From Entomortierella parvispora E1425 (Eukaryota > Fungi > Mortierellomycota), in assembly GCA_020891255.1 (NCBI GenBank), contig BQFW01000008.1:2294001-2358000 (forward strand): 64,000 nt of DNA, written 5' to 3'. Below the pieces are notes generated by a model. The model did no database searches. It worked only from the letters and a program-made list of their open reading frames with translations, and was not told the origin of the DNA. Position 1 is the first letter of the stretch; each line of letters opens with the position of its first letter. Position numbers and translations under genes: made by a program. This document shows, piece by piece, positions 12,878 to 24,422 of the stretch.

Positions 12878-13375
12878 ATGACGCACCAACCTGCAGGTAT
12901 CACTCGCTGGGAGCGAATGACGGACCAGCATGTCAGCGATGAACTTTCTGGCCGCAAGAACCAGTCCTCTCGTCCGGGCAGCTTGCATCCTCAGCAGGAT
13001 CAACTTGCCGCCGGTGAAGAAGCGCCTGCAACGCAGCAACATCATCACCATCATCATCATCATCACCATAACCAAGAGCACCACCATAGCACCGATAACA
13101 ATCAGACAAGTCATGATGGTCGTGGTCTGATGAACCAACAGAACCAGAACCCGAACCAACAGCAAGGTTCCACTAGTCACGCAAGAGCTCAAAGCGAGCA
13201 AAAGAATAAGTCAGGCCAGGCGCTCAAGTCGGGGGGTCCACTCAAGCGTTCTCAGAAACAACAGAAACAATCAAAGCAGCACCCCATGGACGAGGACTCG
13301 GATGACAATTCTGAAGCGGACAGCGATGTATTGGATCCCAACTTGAACGTGTACGATAACGTGCAATATAACTGA
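12878..13375 (+). CDS. Hypothetical His/Gln-rich disordered protein
   Basis: 165-aa ORF with a poly-His tract and acidic C-terminus. No domain recognised. Confidence 0.4.
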   Translation: MTHQPAGITRWERMTDQHVSDELSGRKNQSSRPGSLHPQQDQLAAGEEAPATQQHHHHHHHHHHNQEHHHSTDNNQTSHDGRGLMNQQNQNPNQQQGSTSHARAQSEQKNKSGQALKSGGPLKRSQKQQKQSKQHPMDEDSDDNSEADSDVLDPNLNVYDNVQYN

Positions 13376-13589
13376 AGAACTGAGACCTTTGCGACCGTGA
13401 TTCCTTTTTTTTTCTTTTGAGAAACAAATAAAACAAGAGGGCGTATATTTCCACATTCATTTTGCACCTCGACTGTCGTGCGCATCCTTCAGTGCCCACA
13501 AGTCCCCAACCAAAGACAGGCTACTACAAAGTGTATTGTATGATTAAATAGGATTATGATATGTAAGGGAAAATGTCTATGTTGGTTGG

Positions 13590-16500
13590 CTACTGCTTCT
13601 TCATGTCTAAACTGTCGCTCTGGGACATGGCAGTTCTCATCCGCTCCATCTCCAAGTTGGAATTGGTGGGGATGATCAAAGGCTTCATGACACGACGCTT
13701 GATCATCTTGTAAAACTCGGCCCACATAAGGAACAAGATCAAGGCCGCGACGACCAGACCCCACTCATAAGAAATACCAGAGTGCTTGAACACATCATGG
13801 TTCAAACCAGGGATGTAAATGACGGGGAAGACCAAGATGGAACCGACCACCAGTGAAATCCATAGCATCTTGTTGTACTTCAACGTTGACAGGTTCTGGG
13901 GCGTCCAGCCAGATTCGCGCAAAGACCGACAGTTAATCGCGTGAGCCAAGAGCAAGAAGGTCAAGCATGCATAGGACGTGGCACGGCCACGAAAGACCCA
14001 TTTACAGCTGGGAGAATAAGTCGCGTTGCAATCGTATCCGAGATTTCCACGACCGAATCCAAAGATGACAATACAAAAGTTGGCGAATGTCAAGGCGCCC
14101 ATGACAAAACCATAGACAAACATGTCCATGACGACTTCGAACGAGAACAGACCCTGTTTCGCTGACCGAGGGGGCTCGTGCATGTTGGTCTCGGAAGCGG
14201 GCTCGAGACCCAGACCCATGGCTGGAGGGGAGGAGGTGATCATGTTCAAGAACAAAATCTCGACGGCGCTCATGGGGAAAACGGCGTTACCATCGTCATC
14301 CTTGAAGGCCAATCCGACGATCAAAACCACGATTTCAGCCACGTTGGCAGACATCAAGTGCTGGACAAATTTTTGGATATTGGCAAACATACGACGACCC
14401 TCAGCGACGGCCTGAACGATCGTAGCAAAGTTGTCGTCGGTCAAGACAATATCAGCGGCTTGTTTGGCGACATCGGATCCAGACTGACCCATGGCAATAC
14501 CGACGTTGGCAGCTTTGAGTGAGGGGGAATCGTTCACACCATCACCAGTCATGGAGGCAAAGAGGTTTCGACGATGTAGGGCAGCAATCATCTTGACCTT
14601 GGTGTTGGGAGAACAACGGGCAACGACACGGGGGAGTTCGGCCAACTTGTCAACCTCTTCGTCAGACATGGCATCGAACTGGGTGGCAGTCATAATCAGG
14701 GGGTTGTTCTTGGTCGGGACATCTTCAGGGATAATAGCAACTTCCTTGGCAATCGCGGCTGCGGTCGAGGGATGGTCTCCTGTCAACATGTGGACTCGGA
14801 TACCGGCATCATAACATTTCAAGACAGCGGGTCTGGACTCTGCACGGGGTGGATCGTAAATACCGACGAGGCCCAAGAAGACCATGTCTGTCTCAACTTG
14901 GTCACGCACCAGATCGTGGACCAAGTCCACGCCTGCTGGAGGGTCGAAATGCTTATAGGCCAAGGTCAAGACACGAAGACCCTTCTCTGCCAAAGTGTTC
15001 ATCCTGTCCGTGATCATGTCCTCAAAAGTTTCTCTCTCTGTTCCCTTTTCGCCTTGGAGTGATCGCTCAACATCACCATCACGCCAGTAGGTACAGCAAC
15101 CAATGACACGCTCTGTTGCTCCCTTCAAGAACACAAAGAGCTCACCGGGACCTTCCTCAGTGTGGGGTCCTTGGTACAAGACCGACATGCGCTTGACAGA
15201 AGAATCAAAAGGGAATTCGGCCACAAGTCTAAATCCTTGCTCCAACAGATCGGGCTTTGCCAAACCAGCCTTGTAGGCCAAAACTTGAAGTGCAATCTCG
15301 GTCGGGTCACCATTCGCAGTCCACTCACCATTGGCCTCTGGGTGGGCAGTACGGCGCAACTCGGCCATGTTACAAAGTGAGGCGGCCTCGAGCGCGCGAA
15401 GGTAGTGATCACTGCCAGAGCCGGTAGGAATCTGTTCTTCCTGCATCTCGAACTCTTCATTCTTTTGTTCTCCCTGACGGAAGATGTCTCCTTCGGGGAC
15501 GAATCCAGTGCCGGTCATACGATAGAATCCATCGCTGGGGAGCCACATCCGGACAGCCACCATCTTGGACTGCGTCAGTGTGCCCGTCTATTCCAAAAAG
15601 AGCGTTAATTATCGGTTCTGTGTACTTCAAGGGCATGAAACGATTCTGGTTGTTTCGTGTTCTCTTTTTTTTTTTTTTTTTTTTTACCTTGTCGGAACAA
15701 ATGTTTGTCACGGCGCCCAAACTCTCCAAGGACGACAGCCGGCGGACAATGGCCTTGACCTCAGCCATTCGTCTGACACCAAAAGCCATGGTCAAGGTCA
15801 CGACAGCGACCAAACCTTCGGGAATGATAGCAATGGCGACAGAAATGGCATAGATGGCGACTTCATTACTGTACTTGAACTTGTGGACTGCAAACACGAT
15901 GATGACCAGGATGATGGCGGCCAAGAACACAAAGTAGGCCATCTTGTTCAAGCGCTTCTGAAGTGGTGTCTGCTCATTGCCGTCGACCTCCATCAAGGTA
16001 GTGGCGATCTTACCGATCTGTGTCTTCATTCCTGTGGTGGTGACGATACCCTTGGCACGTCCCTTGACGACCGTGGTAGAGGCAAACACCATGTTCAATC
16101 GATCTCCCAAAGATTGCTCTGCCTTCTCGATAACCTCCAAATTCTTCTGGACGGGCAAGGACTCTCCTGTGAGCAAGGCCTCATCTGTCTCCAGGTTGAA
16201 CACCTCAAAGAGTCGACAGTCTGCTCCTATCACATCCCCATCTTCAAACACCATGATATCTCCGGGAACAGCTTGGTTATTGGGAATCGTGACTCGAGTC
16301 TCGTCACGGATGACCTGGGCCGTGGGCGAGGACATGTTTCGGAGGGCCTCCATGGTCTGTTCGGCATTGTACTCTTGCCAGAAACCAATACCAGCATTCA
16401 TGATAATAATAAACAAGATCACACCTCCTTCTGCGAAATCTTTAGTAGCAAACGCCAACGCCTACAGCAGCGAAGCAAAAAAAAAGTTAGAAAGGCATTG

Positions 16501-16871
16501 AAAAGGATGCGATAGACAGCCGTGTTATAGTCTCTGGATAAAATAGACTAGTAATAGAAGAATGCTCATTGAAGTAGAGCGCAGATCTTGTTCTTTTTTT
16601 TTTTTCCTAGTTAGATCTGTCTTTCTCTTACCGTGGCAATGAGAAGAATGACGACCAAAGCGTTGGCGACCTGTCGCCAAAGAACTTTGTACCACTTGAC
16701 ACCTCCATTGCCTTGCAATTCGTTGCTGCCATAGATCTTGAGACGGGCTGCTGCCTCGGCCGAAGACAATCCCTCCAAGGTGTTGGTGGAGTAATGTTCT
16801 GCGACCTGTTCGACACTAAAGGTGTGGAAAGGCGTCTCGGGCTCCACATTCACAGCCTTCTTCTTTGGCAT
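13590..16871 (-). CDS. ENA1: P-type IID Na+/K+-exporting ATPase (ENA family), multi-exon
   Basis: DEALLTGES, IPEGL, ICSDK|TGTLT split by an intron, GDPTE, KGA, DPPR, MLTGDH, TGDGVNDSPSLK, NMITSSPPAMGLGLE. Confidence 0.93.
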
Positions 16872-17405
16872 CGTTCAAGTAAGAAAGAGAGGGCGGGGGG
16901 GCGGGGAGGGCGAGAGAGAGAGAGGAAGGCGTTTCTTTTGTCTTACGTTTGAAAAAAAAAATAAGAGTATGGTGTGTAATGTAAACCGGCCCCAGCAGAG
17001 ATCAGTGGCGTTTGAGGATGGACGTTAAATAAAAGAGTGTATGTACTGAGTAAAAAAACACAGATGGAGAGATGGAACGACGGAGGGAAAAGGGCGTGAG
17101 GATTGAGAGAAGAGGAAAGGGATTGGAGAAGATGACCGTGACAAAGTGAAAGTGCCACTTGCGAGACAAAAATAATAAAAAAGAGGTATCATTTTTTGGG
17201 ATGGATTCAGACCTCATTTCCCTGAGACGGCGATCTGAACCTGATGGCTCAGTCTGTGCTCTCCAGAGCCTGGAAAGGGTGCAGCTTGCTTCGCCCAATT
17301 GCGATTTTGTTTGTTTTTTTGTGTGTAGGTGTTTGTATTGCAAAAAAAAGAGAGATGCTAATGCTGTGTGGAAATGATATATAAGGAAGCGGGTCTTCCT
17401 TCTGA

Positions 17406-20400
17406 TTACTCGCTGTCCTCCTGGTCGATAAGATGGGCGTAGTCCTCCATCGACGCGAACATGGGCAGCGCAACCTTCTTTCTGCGCTTCTTGTCGCGGG
17501 CCTTCTCTTCCTGGTCAGACTCCTCTGCAACGGCTTCCTCCTCGTCACTGGGCAACATATCCTCTTCTTCATCCATGAACATGTTGGCCTCTTCATCGTC
17601 ACCGTCATCATCCTTCCAGCTGGCCTCATCCTTTCCGAATGACTCTTCGTCAATCTCTTCATCCTCGTCATCGCTGTCTCCGGCCTCAGCGCCCTTATCC
17701 TCATCATCAAGATCGCTGAGCATCAACTCCTCCAGGTCTGCATCGCTGAGGTCGTCCTCATCGTCGTCGACATCCTCCATGGCATCCTTGGGCATATCAG
17801 CCATCATAGCGTTCCAAACCTCATCCTCATCCATATCAGAACCGTCCTCATCCTCGTCATCGCTATCGCCGCCCTTCTTCTTCTTCTTGTCACCAATCAT
17901 GTCATCCTCATCATCATCCGATCCCGCAGACTTGGCGCCCTTCTTTCCGGCAGGCTTGAACGCCTTCTTCTGTGTGAAGTACTTGTGGAAGAAGACTTGA
18001 TCCACTGGTACATCGGCCACATTCTGCTTCCAGAAAGCTTCCGAGTTCACGTTCACGTCGTTTCCTCCTCCCTTCTTAAGCATGATGCTCTGTCCGCGAT
18101 GAGCGGCCATAGGCTGCATGATGGAGGAACCCTTGGTACCCAAGGCTGTGTTGACGTCATCGCGCTGCTTCTTAGGGTTCTTGTAAACCATGCGGTTCAA
18201 GAAGTGGATCAAGGCATGCTGGTAGAACTCGGGCTTTCCTTCAATGGGCTGGAGGGACAAGATGTGAGCGGCGTACAAAGACACGGTAGGATGGAAGTGA
18301 GACAAGAAAGGGGTCTAGATGGCGAAAGATACGAGGTGTTAGCAAATTTTAAGAACTTCCCATTGCTTAAAACAATAGCTTTGTAATAGATCAAAAGACT
18401 AACCATTTCCCAAAGACAGGTCTTGTCTGCGTTACTGTACAGAGGCTCGCGCTTACGGCCGTCGTATTTGGTGGAGTGTGCCTTGTTGGCCTCGGGCTTC
18501 TTGACCTCAGTCTTCTCCTCCTCTTCCTTTCCGGAATCGGCTTCCTCCTCGGGAGCATCCTTGAAGTTCTCCTCCTCCTCATTATCCTCCGGGGTGCTGA
18601 TCATAGATGACAAACCGGTTTTGGAGGTCATCAACTTGGAAATCAAAAAGAAGGCACCGCAAATGAAGGGAGGCTGGTGATGTGCGCAGGACTGAACAAG
18701 ACGCTTGACAAAGGCCTTGATTCTGGGCAAAGACTGATCCGCTTGCAAAGCGTCAAAGATAAGGTTGAGGTAGATGGACTGCTTAGAAGTGAGGATCAGG
18801 CGAGGGTCGAGGAGAGACTCGTACAACGTTCTGTAAAATCGATCCGAGGTATTTTTCTGGATAGTCGAGACGCGGAAGATCAAGAGCAAAGCCTGAATAG
18901 AGGTGTTGAAGGTTCCAGTGTGGGTGATACGGAAGATGATGTCCATGTGTGCCGCGAAAACCTTGTCCTCAACCTTGGCGAAAGGGAAAGCGCGGTTGAC
19001 ACCGGTAAGGACAGCAGCAATCATCTTGGAGTGCTCCGAGTCCTGGAGGTCCAAGACCTCGCCTGGGGTACGTTGAGGTCCTTTCGTCTTGCCAGCATCC
19101 TTCTTTCTCTTCTTATCCACCTTGTTTCTGTTCTCCTTGAGGAAGTTCTTGGTCTTCTTAACCTGTGACTCCTGATCTCCCAACATACGCTTGAAGAACA
19201 CAAAGTAAATATCGATCAGTTTGTTGGCGACATCGACCTGTCTGGCGTTCAAGATGGTCTGGTTCAGGGTGATGATGGCGTAGTACTGGGCACGCTCAGA
19301 AATACGGGGACGCATCAAGAGACGCTCGATCTCGCGCACAACAATCATGGTCATTCCTGGATGTGCTCGAAGCAACTGCTGCAACTCATATGATGACTTG
19401 GCGGACACCTTGTTCTCATTGTCACCCTACATTCAAATAAGACGTAAACGTGTTAAAACTCCATATTGTCAAAACTTCATAGCAATTGCCGGAAAGATCA
19501 GAACATCACAAAGCTTTACCAGTTTGTTAACAAGCATCTCCAAAAGGGTGTTTTCTTGCTCAGGCTTGGCAGACATGAGCTCGCAAATAAATCCGAGCAC
19601 GCGATGGCGAACGTGAACGACGGGATCGTCCGAAAGAATCTTGAGCAACTGCACAAACTTCCAGAAAGTCTTCTTCAGATAGTCTTCAAAGATCCACATG
19701 ATCAAGTGCTCGTTGGTGGCATTGGGGTGAGTCAGGGGTCTGTCCTGGAAGTATCTATTAAATCAAAAATATTCAAAGAAATCAGAATGAAAGATCGGCA
19801 ATGTCAAGACGCCAACATACGAATACAAAGCACTCTTACTTGAGCTTGCGGTCAGGAAGCATGCCTCCGATGAAAAGATCCTTCAAACTCTCGATACTTT
19901 TGACTGACTCTGTCCTGCTCTTCTTCTCAGCCATGGCCATAAGCTTGTCCAAACTCTTTGTGGTGTGAAGAGGCGATTCCTGAACAAGCAAAGTCAAGGC
20001 AGAGACTCGATCGTTCAATGTACCCGAAGCCATAATGGTGGAGACAAAGTTTTTGTCGGATGAGGAAAGGTTGGGGTTGTCATCATAGCGGGTGTTTTCC
20101 TCCTCCAAGAGCCTCTGGGCCTGAGTGGTCTTTTGGGCGAGAGTGGTCTCGAGCATATGATGGTCCTTGCCGTCGTCCTCGAGCTCAGGCAGCTGGTTGT
20201 TGTACCATTGAGGAGAGGGGGTGAAGACGAGCTTCACCTTGGCGGGCTTTGACTTCACGTTGCTGAGCATGTTCTTGGGGATACTTCCACTGGCAGACGG
20301 ACCTTTGACGACGGACGCAAAGGCCTTCTTGACCTCACTGAGAGGCTCCTTGCTCTGGCTATGGTTGTTGTTGTTGTTGTTGTTGTCTGGCCGCTTGCCT

Positions 20401-20435
20401 CCGTGCTTTGGCTTTGCGCCGTGTGGTCCAGCCAT
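17406..20435 (-). CDS. MAK21: Ribosome biogenesis protein MAK21/NOC1 (CEBPZ homologue), multi-exon
   Basis: GTLNDRVSALTLLVQESPLH, LLVNKL, AQYYAIITLNQ, LTGVNRAFPF, DRFYRTLYESLLDP, YDGRKREP, HFHPTVSLYA, acidic tail ending FASMEDYAHLI. Confidence 0.93.
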
Positions 20436-20712
20436 GATGCGCAGGGGATGGATGGGGTGAGATGGGATGGGATGGGATGGGGAAGGGGGATTGAGGATGG
20501 CACAAAGATGGAAGCACTTGTCTCCCTCTGTCGGTCTGGCGGGCAATGAGGAGGAGTGGGGAGAAAAAAGAAAGAAAAAAAATAAAAAAAATTTGTAAAC
20601 AAAAGGTGACTGCTCTTCATTCACTCTCGGAATCGGATGCAGATGCCAACACAGGGGCACATACATTACAAACTACTCTCATCCATCCCTTCTCATCACA
20701 TCACATCACACA

Positions 20713-21242
20713 ATGTTCGGCATTACCCGTTGCATCACCAGAGGCGCATCCCGCCAGCAGTTGTCGTCCAAGCGTGGTCGTAACCACTACAAGGGTACTG
20801 TTCAAGTTGCCCCTCGCCTGAATCCCCATGGAGCGTGCTAGTTCTACAGTCCTTACCATGACAGAATGACAAAGGTCTAACAAGCCAGTATGTCCATTAT
20901 AGGTACCGGAAGTGGTGCCATGGGTCGCCACACAAAGCGTGGAGGATACTTTATTGAGTGGGAGAAGGTCCGCTCCTTCGTCGTCCCAGACTTGACCGCT
21001 TTCAAGGTACAGCAGGATATCAATTGGGATAACTGGATCATTTTTACAGAGCTTTTCGCCCGCAGGTCCTAACAACACCTACCACTTTACCTACTCTTCC
21101 TCTTCACCTGGTTCTATTGTTGAATCCATAGCTTCTTCCTTATGTCTCCCGATCGACCCAGAAGACCACAGGAGCGTTCACCGCACAGGATTACTTCCGC
21201 AAGAACGAGACCACTGTCGTTCCTGAGAAGATTGCTTCATAA
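20713..21242 (+). CDS. MRPL27: Mitochondrial large-subunit ribosomal protein mL41 (MRPL27-like), 3 exons
   Basis: Spliced: LSSKRGRNHYK|GTGSGAMGRHTKRGGYFIEWEKVRSFVVPDL..|LLPYVS. Confidence 0.85.
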
Positions 21243-21690
21243 GCTGGACCAGGCTGATGCGGGGCTCATGGATCTCTCTAGGGCTTATCGTCGCCTTTAT
21301 TCTGCAGATATTTGATCTGACTTGTGCACGCATCCGCATCGTCAGATCTCACATACAGCTGATATGATGATTCCGATCTCTTTAGATCTTTACCGACACT
21401 GCCCACAAACTCGCCAACCCAACGCAATCGCATCTCGATAACCTCTCCGTAATGGGCTGCAAAAAGCAAACCCCTTACCTCTCCTTGTACATTTATTTCA
21501 TTTTTATTAGACCTTGCACAATAAAAACCAATATTGCAGTTTTTTTCCTTTCATTTCTTTGCGACACAGATGTCATCACGTGACTGTTCGCGGCCTTTTT
21601 CGGCTCGCAATGTTTCTGCATGCAAGATGACCATGGGACCTGACATTCTCTCTTTTCTCTCCTCTCCTCTCACCCTCCTCCCCATCAATC

Positions 21691-22872
21691 ATGTCCGTCG
21701 CTAAGTCTGTTGCTGCCCACATTGACTGGACCAAGTTGTCCACCTCCCTCGGTCTCAAGACCGAGACCGTTGCTGCCTTGAGCGCGTTCCGCAAGCGCAA
21801 CGATGAGGCTCGCCGTGTCTTGTCTGATCTCAAGGAGCAGAAGACCACCGTCGACTTTGCCCACTACCGCAAGGTCCTTAAGAACCAGGCCGTCATTGAT
21901 GAGGTCGAGAAGGCCTTCCAGTCCTTCAAGCCCACCTCCTACGACGTCCAGGCCCAGATCAAGTCCATCGAGGCTGTCGAGAGCAAGGCTGTAATGTGCC
22001 CTTCATGGATTGAAAACACGCCTCTTCCCACACACACACACTCTCTCTCTTCCCTCTCTCAAAGCGCCTTCATTCCAGCAAATTCTACAGCTTGATAATC
22101 TCTTGTGGATGATCGCTGGTCGTGGCAGAGATCTTTCATTCAACGCAGAACTCATGGGCTGCAAGGATTGCATGGACAACACATGGGCAAAACTGGATTC
22201 AAAATCATGGATGGACATCATACGAAGTTGTATTCTCCTTGAAACTGGCCACTCAACCTCAGCTTGCTTGAAGACATGGACACCACTGGGAGGCGAACTT
22301 CATTGCAGTCCACTATCCAACGTCGCGGAAAAGACTCAAATCAAACCAGACAGAATATTGATCTTCGTTTTTGTTCCTGACTACTGCCTCGTTTAAAAAT
22401 ATAGCTTGAGCGCGCCAAGTTCACCGCCACCAAGGTTGAGTCTGAGCTCGCTGATCTCGAGGCTACCTTGAAGAACATTGAGACCTCCCGCCCCATTGAC
22501 GAGTTGACCGTACGTATCATCATATATGTGGAGAAATCATTTTGGATTCAACGACTTCCGTGCTGTTTATGACAGCAAATGCAAACAACGAGTAGAGCGA
22601 TAGTACTTCATTTGGATAGCCCTGGAATGACCTTTTTTGGAGACAGAGAGACCATCGTTGGAGATTATTGCAGGGGAATATGTGCAAGGTTTTCCATCTA
22701 CGTTCAGGCTCACGTTGGACTCATTGTCTTGGATTTTTATTTGTCCCTCTAGGTCGATGATGTTCTCAAGTCTCGCCCCGAGATTGCCGAGAAGGTCGAT
22801 GCTTTGTTGGCCAAGAGCAAGTGGGACACCAAGGGCTACAACAGCAAGTTCGGCTATGTCACCCTCTTCTAA
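21691..22872 (+). CDS. ATP7: Mitochondrial ATP synthase subunit d, 3 exons
   Basis: IDWTKLSTSLGL, VDFAHYRKVLKNQAVIDE, LKNIETSRPIDELT|VDDV..RPEI, KWDTKGYNSKFG. Confidence 0.93.
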
Positions 22873-23569
22873 GCACCTTTTGTCATTTTGTGTAAACCCT
22901 CCTGGAAATCCATGTTAGAAGAAACGTAGAGAGCGCGCCATAAAATTCAAAAACGCCAAAATTGCGAGGAACTGTTTGTTGTTATTTGCCGATATTATGG
23001 TCCGCCTTTTCAAGCACGCCAGTTGCTGTCGCCGTTTTATCTCCAATTCTGGGAATGATGATGTTTATGAAGTGAACGAGCTATGGTTCGATATGATACA
23101 TGGCCTTGCTTCTCTTTCCCGCTCCATTGCTAAAAAAAACGACCAGGGCGGCGTACCTGGGTCTACCATGGTCATGAGGCTCTTGTTTATTTACTAGCAC
23201 TATCCTTATAGAGACCCACTTTTTTCTATAGATCTATCGACTGTCGCGTTCCTGTTTGCTATTTTATTTGTAACCTGATCTTTCTGCCGTGTTTTCCAAA
23301 GCTTAACCCATTGTCCTCTCACGCCACTGGTTTTCTTTTACTGTTCCAGATGACTGACATGGATGGTCCATGCCGTAACTCGACACGATAGAACGGGAAT
23401 CTATGGCATGGACCGTGAGTCAAGAAAGATGGTATATATTCATGGGGACTCGCTCCCTATCCCTCTTCACTCACATTCGCTTTCTCTTTTCATCTCTCCT
23501 CACTTAAACCGTTTCCTAATCCTAACCTCAAGAACAGAGTTAGAACTCGAACAAGGACTACCAAAAACA

Positions 23570-24211
23570 ATGGCTCTAACAAGTCACTTTCCGAACGTGG
23601 TTCGCAATGCTCTCCGACGCAACATTGGCGATCACGTAGTCATTGTAATGCTCCCAAAGCCAGAACCTTGACTAAAGTAGTTTGAAACGCGTGATATTAC
23701 CACTGACACAAAGCTTGGCTTTATATATTTTTTTCTCTCTCCTCTCTTGCTCATTTGCTGTTATCCTTGTCTACCTTTGGTCTTCGATCTTCTCCAGATC
23801 TTATTGCCCGTAAGTCGACACAACGGTAGTTCTCTAACTTAAAGCTTCAATTCCTTTAACACAACTGGCTCTTCTCGGTTAGCGATAGGAAATGCTACCA
23901 TGCGAAAAACATGTTTGAATCCATGCGGATCAAATATAAAGCAATCGAGCTTGATCGACATGGTAAAAAAAATCCTTCCTTCTAATTATTTAAACATAGA
24001 GCGAGAAACTAATATATCATGAGAAATAGAACGCGGTGATCAGATTCATGAAGCGCTTTCAATGTACAGGGGCCAATCCACGTTCCCAAACGTCTTTGTC
24101 AAAGGTACCCATGTCGGAGATGCCGAGGCTTTGCTCTCTGCAAATGAGTCTGGCTTGTTGTACCAACTGCTTGCAGAGGAGCCTCAATTGCAGGTATCTG
24201 CAGCGATTTAG
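23570..24211 (+). CDS. Glutaredoxin (dithiol, CPKC), multi-exon; start uncertain
   Basis: Exons join to YCP|KCYHAK, then YKAIELD and QSTFPNVFVKGTHVG, ending at TAG 24211. Confidence 0.75.
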
Positions 24212-24422
24212 TGAAGAAGGCTCCACCTCCTACTGCTTGCCATTGGCCTACCATTTTGACCGCCATTCAAGCGATGACATCTTACTTGCTTGTATATATG
24301 AAGAATAAACACCACACATTCACGAAAGTCCTCTCAGCAGGAAGTGAAAGCACTGTCTATTTGAAAAATCTATCCTACAACATCGAAGTGCCAATATTTT
24401 CCGTGCTAGTCAACTGTCTGCT

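Noticed and set aside
13941-19168. Long plus-strand ORFs (e.g. 15565..16515, 17461..18000, 18677..19168)
   Set aside because: Antisense shadows of ENA1 and MAK21 caused by codon bias, with no recognisable motifs.
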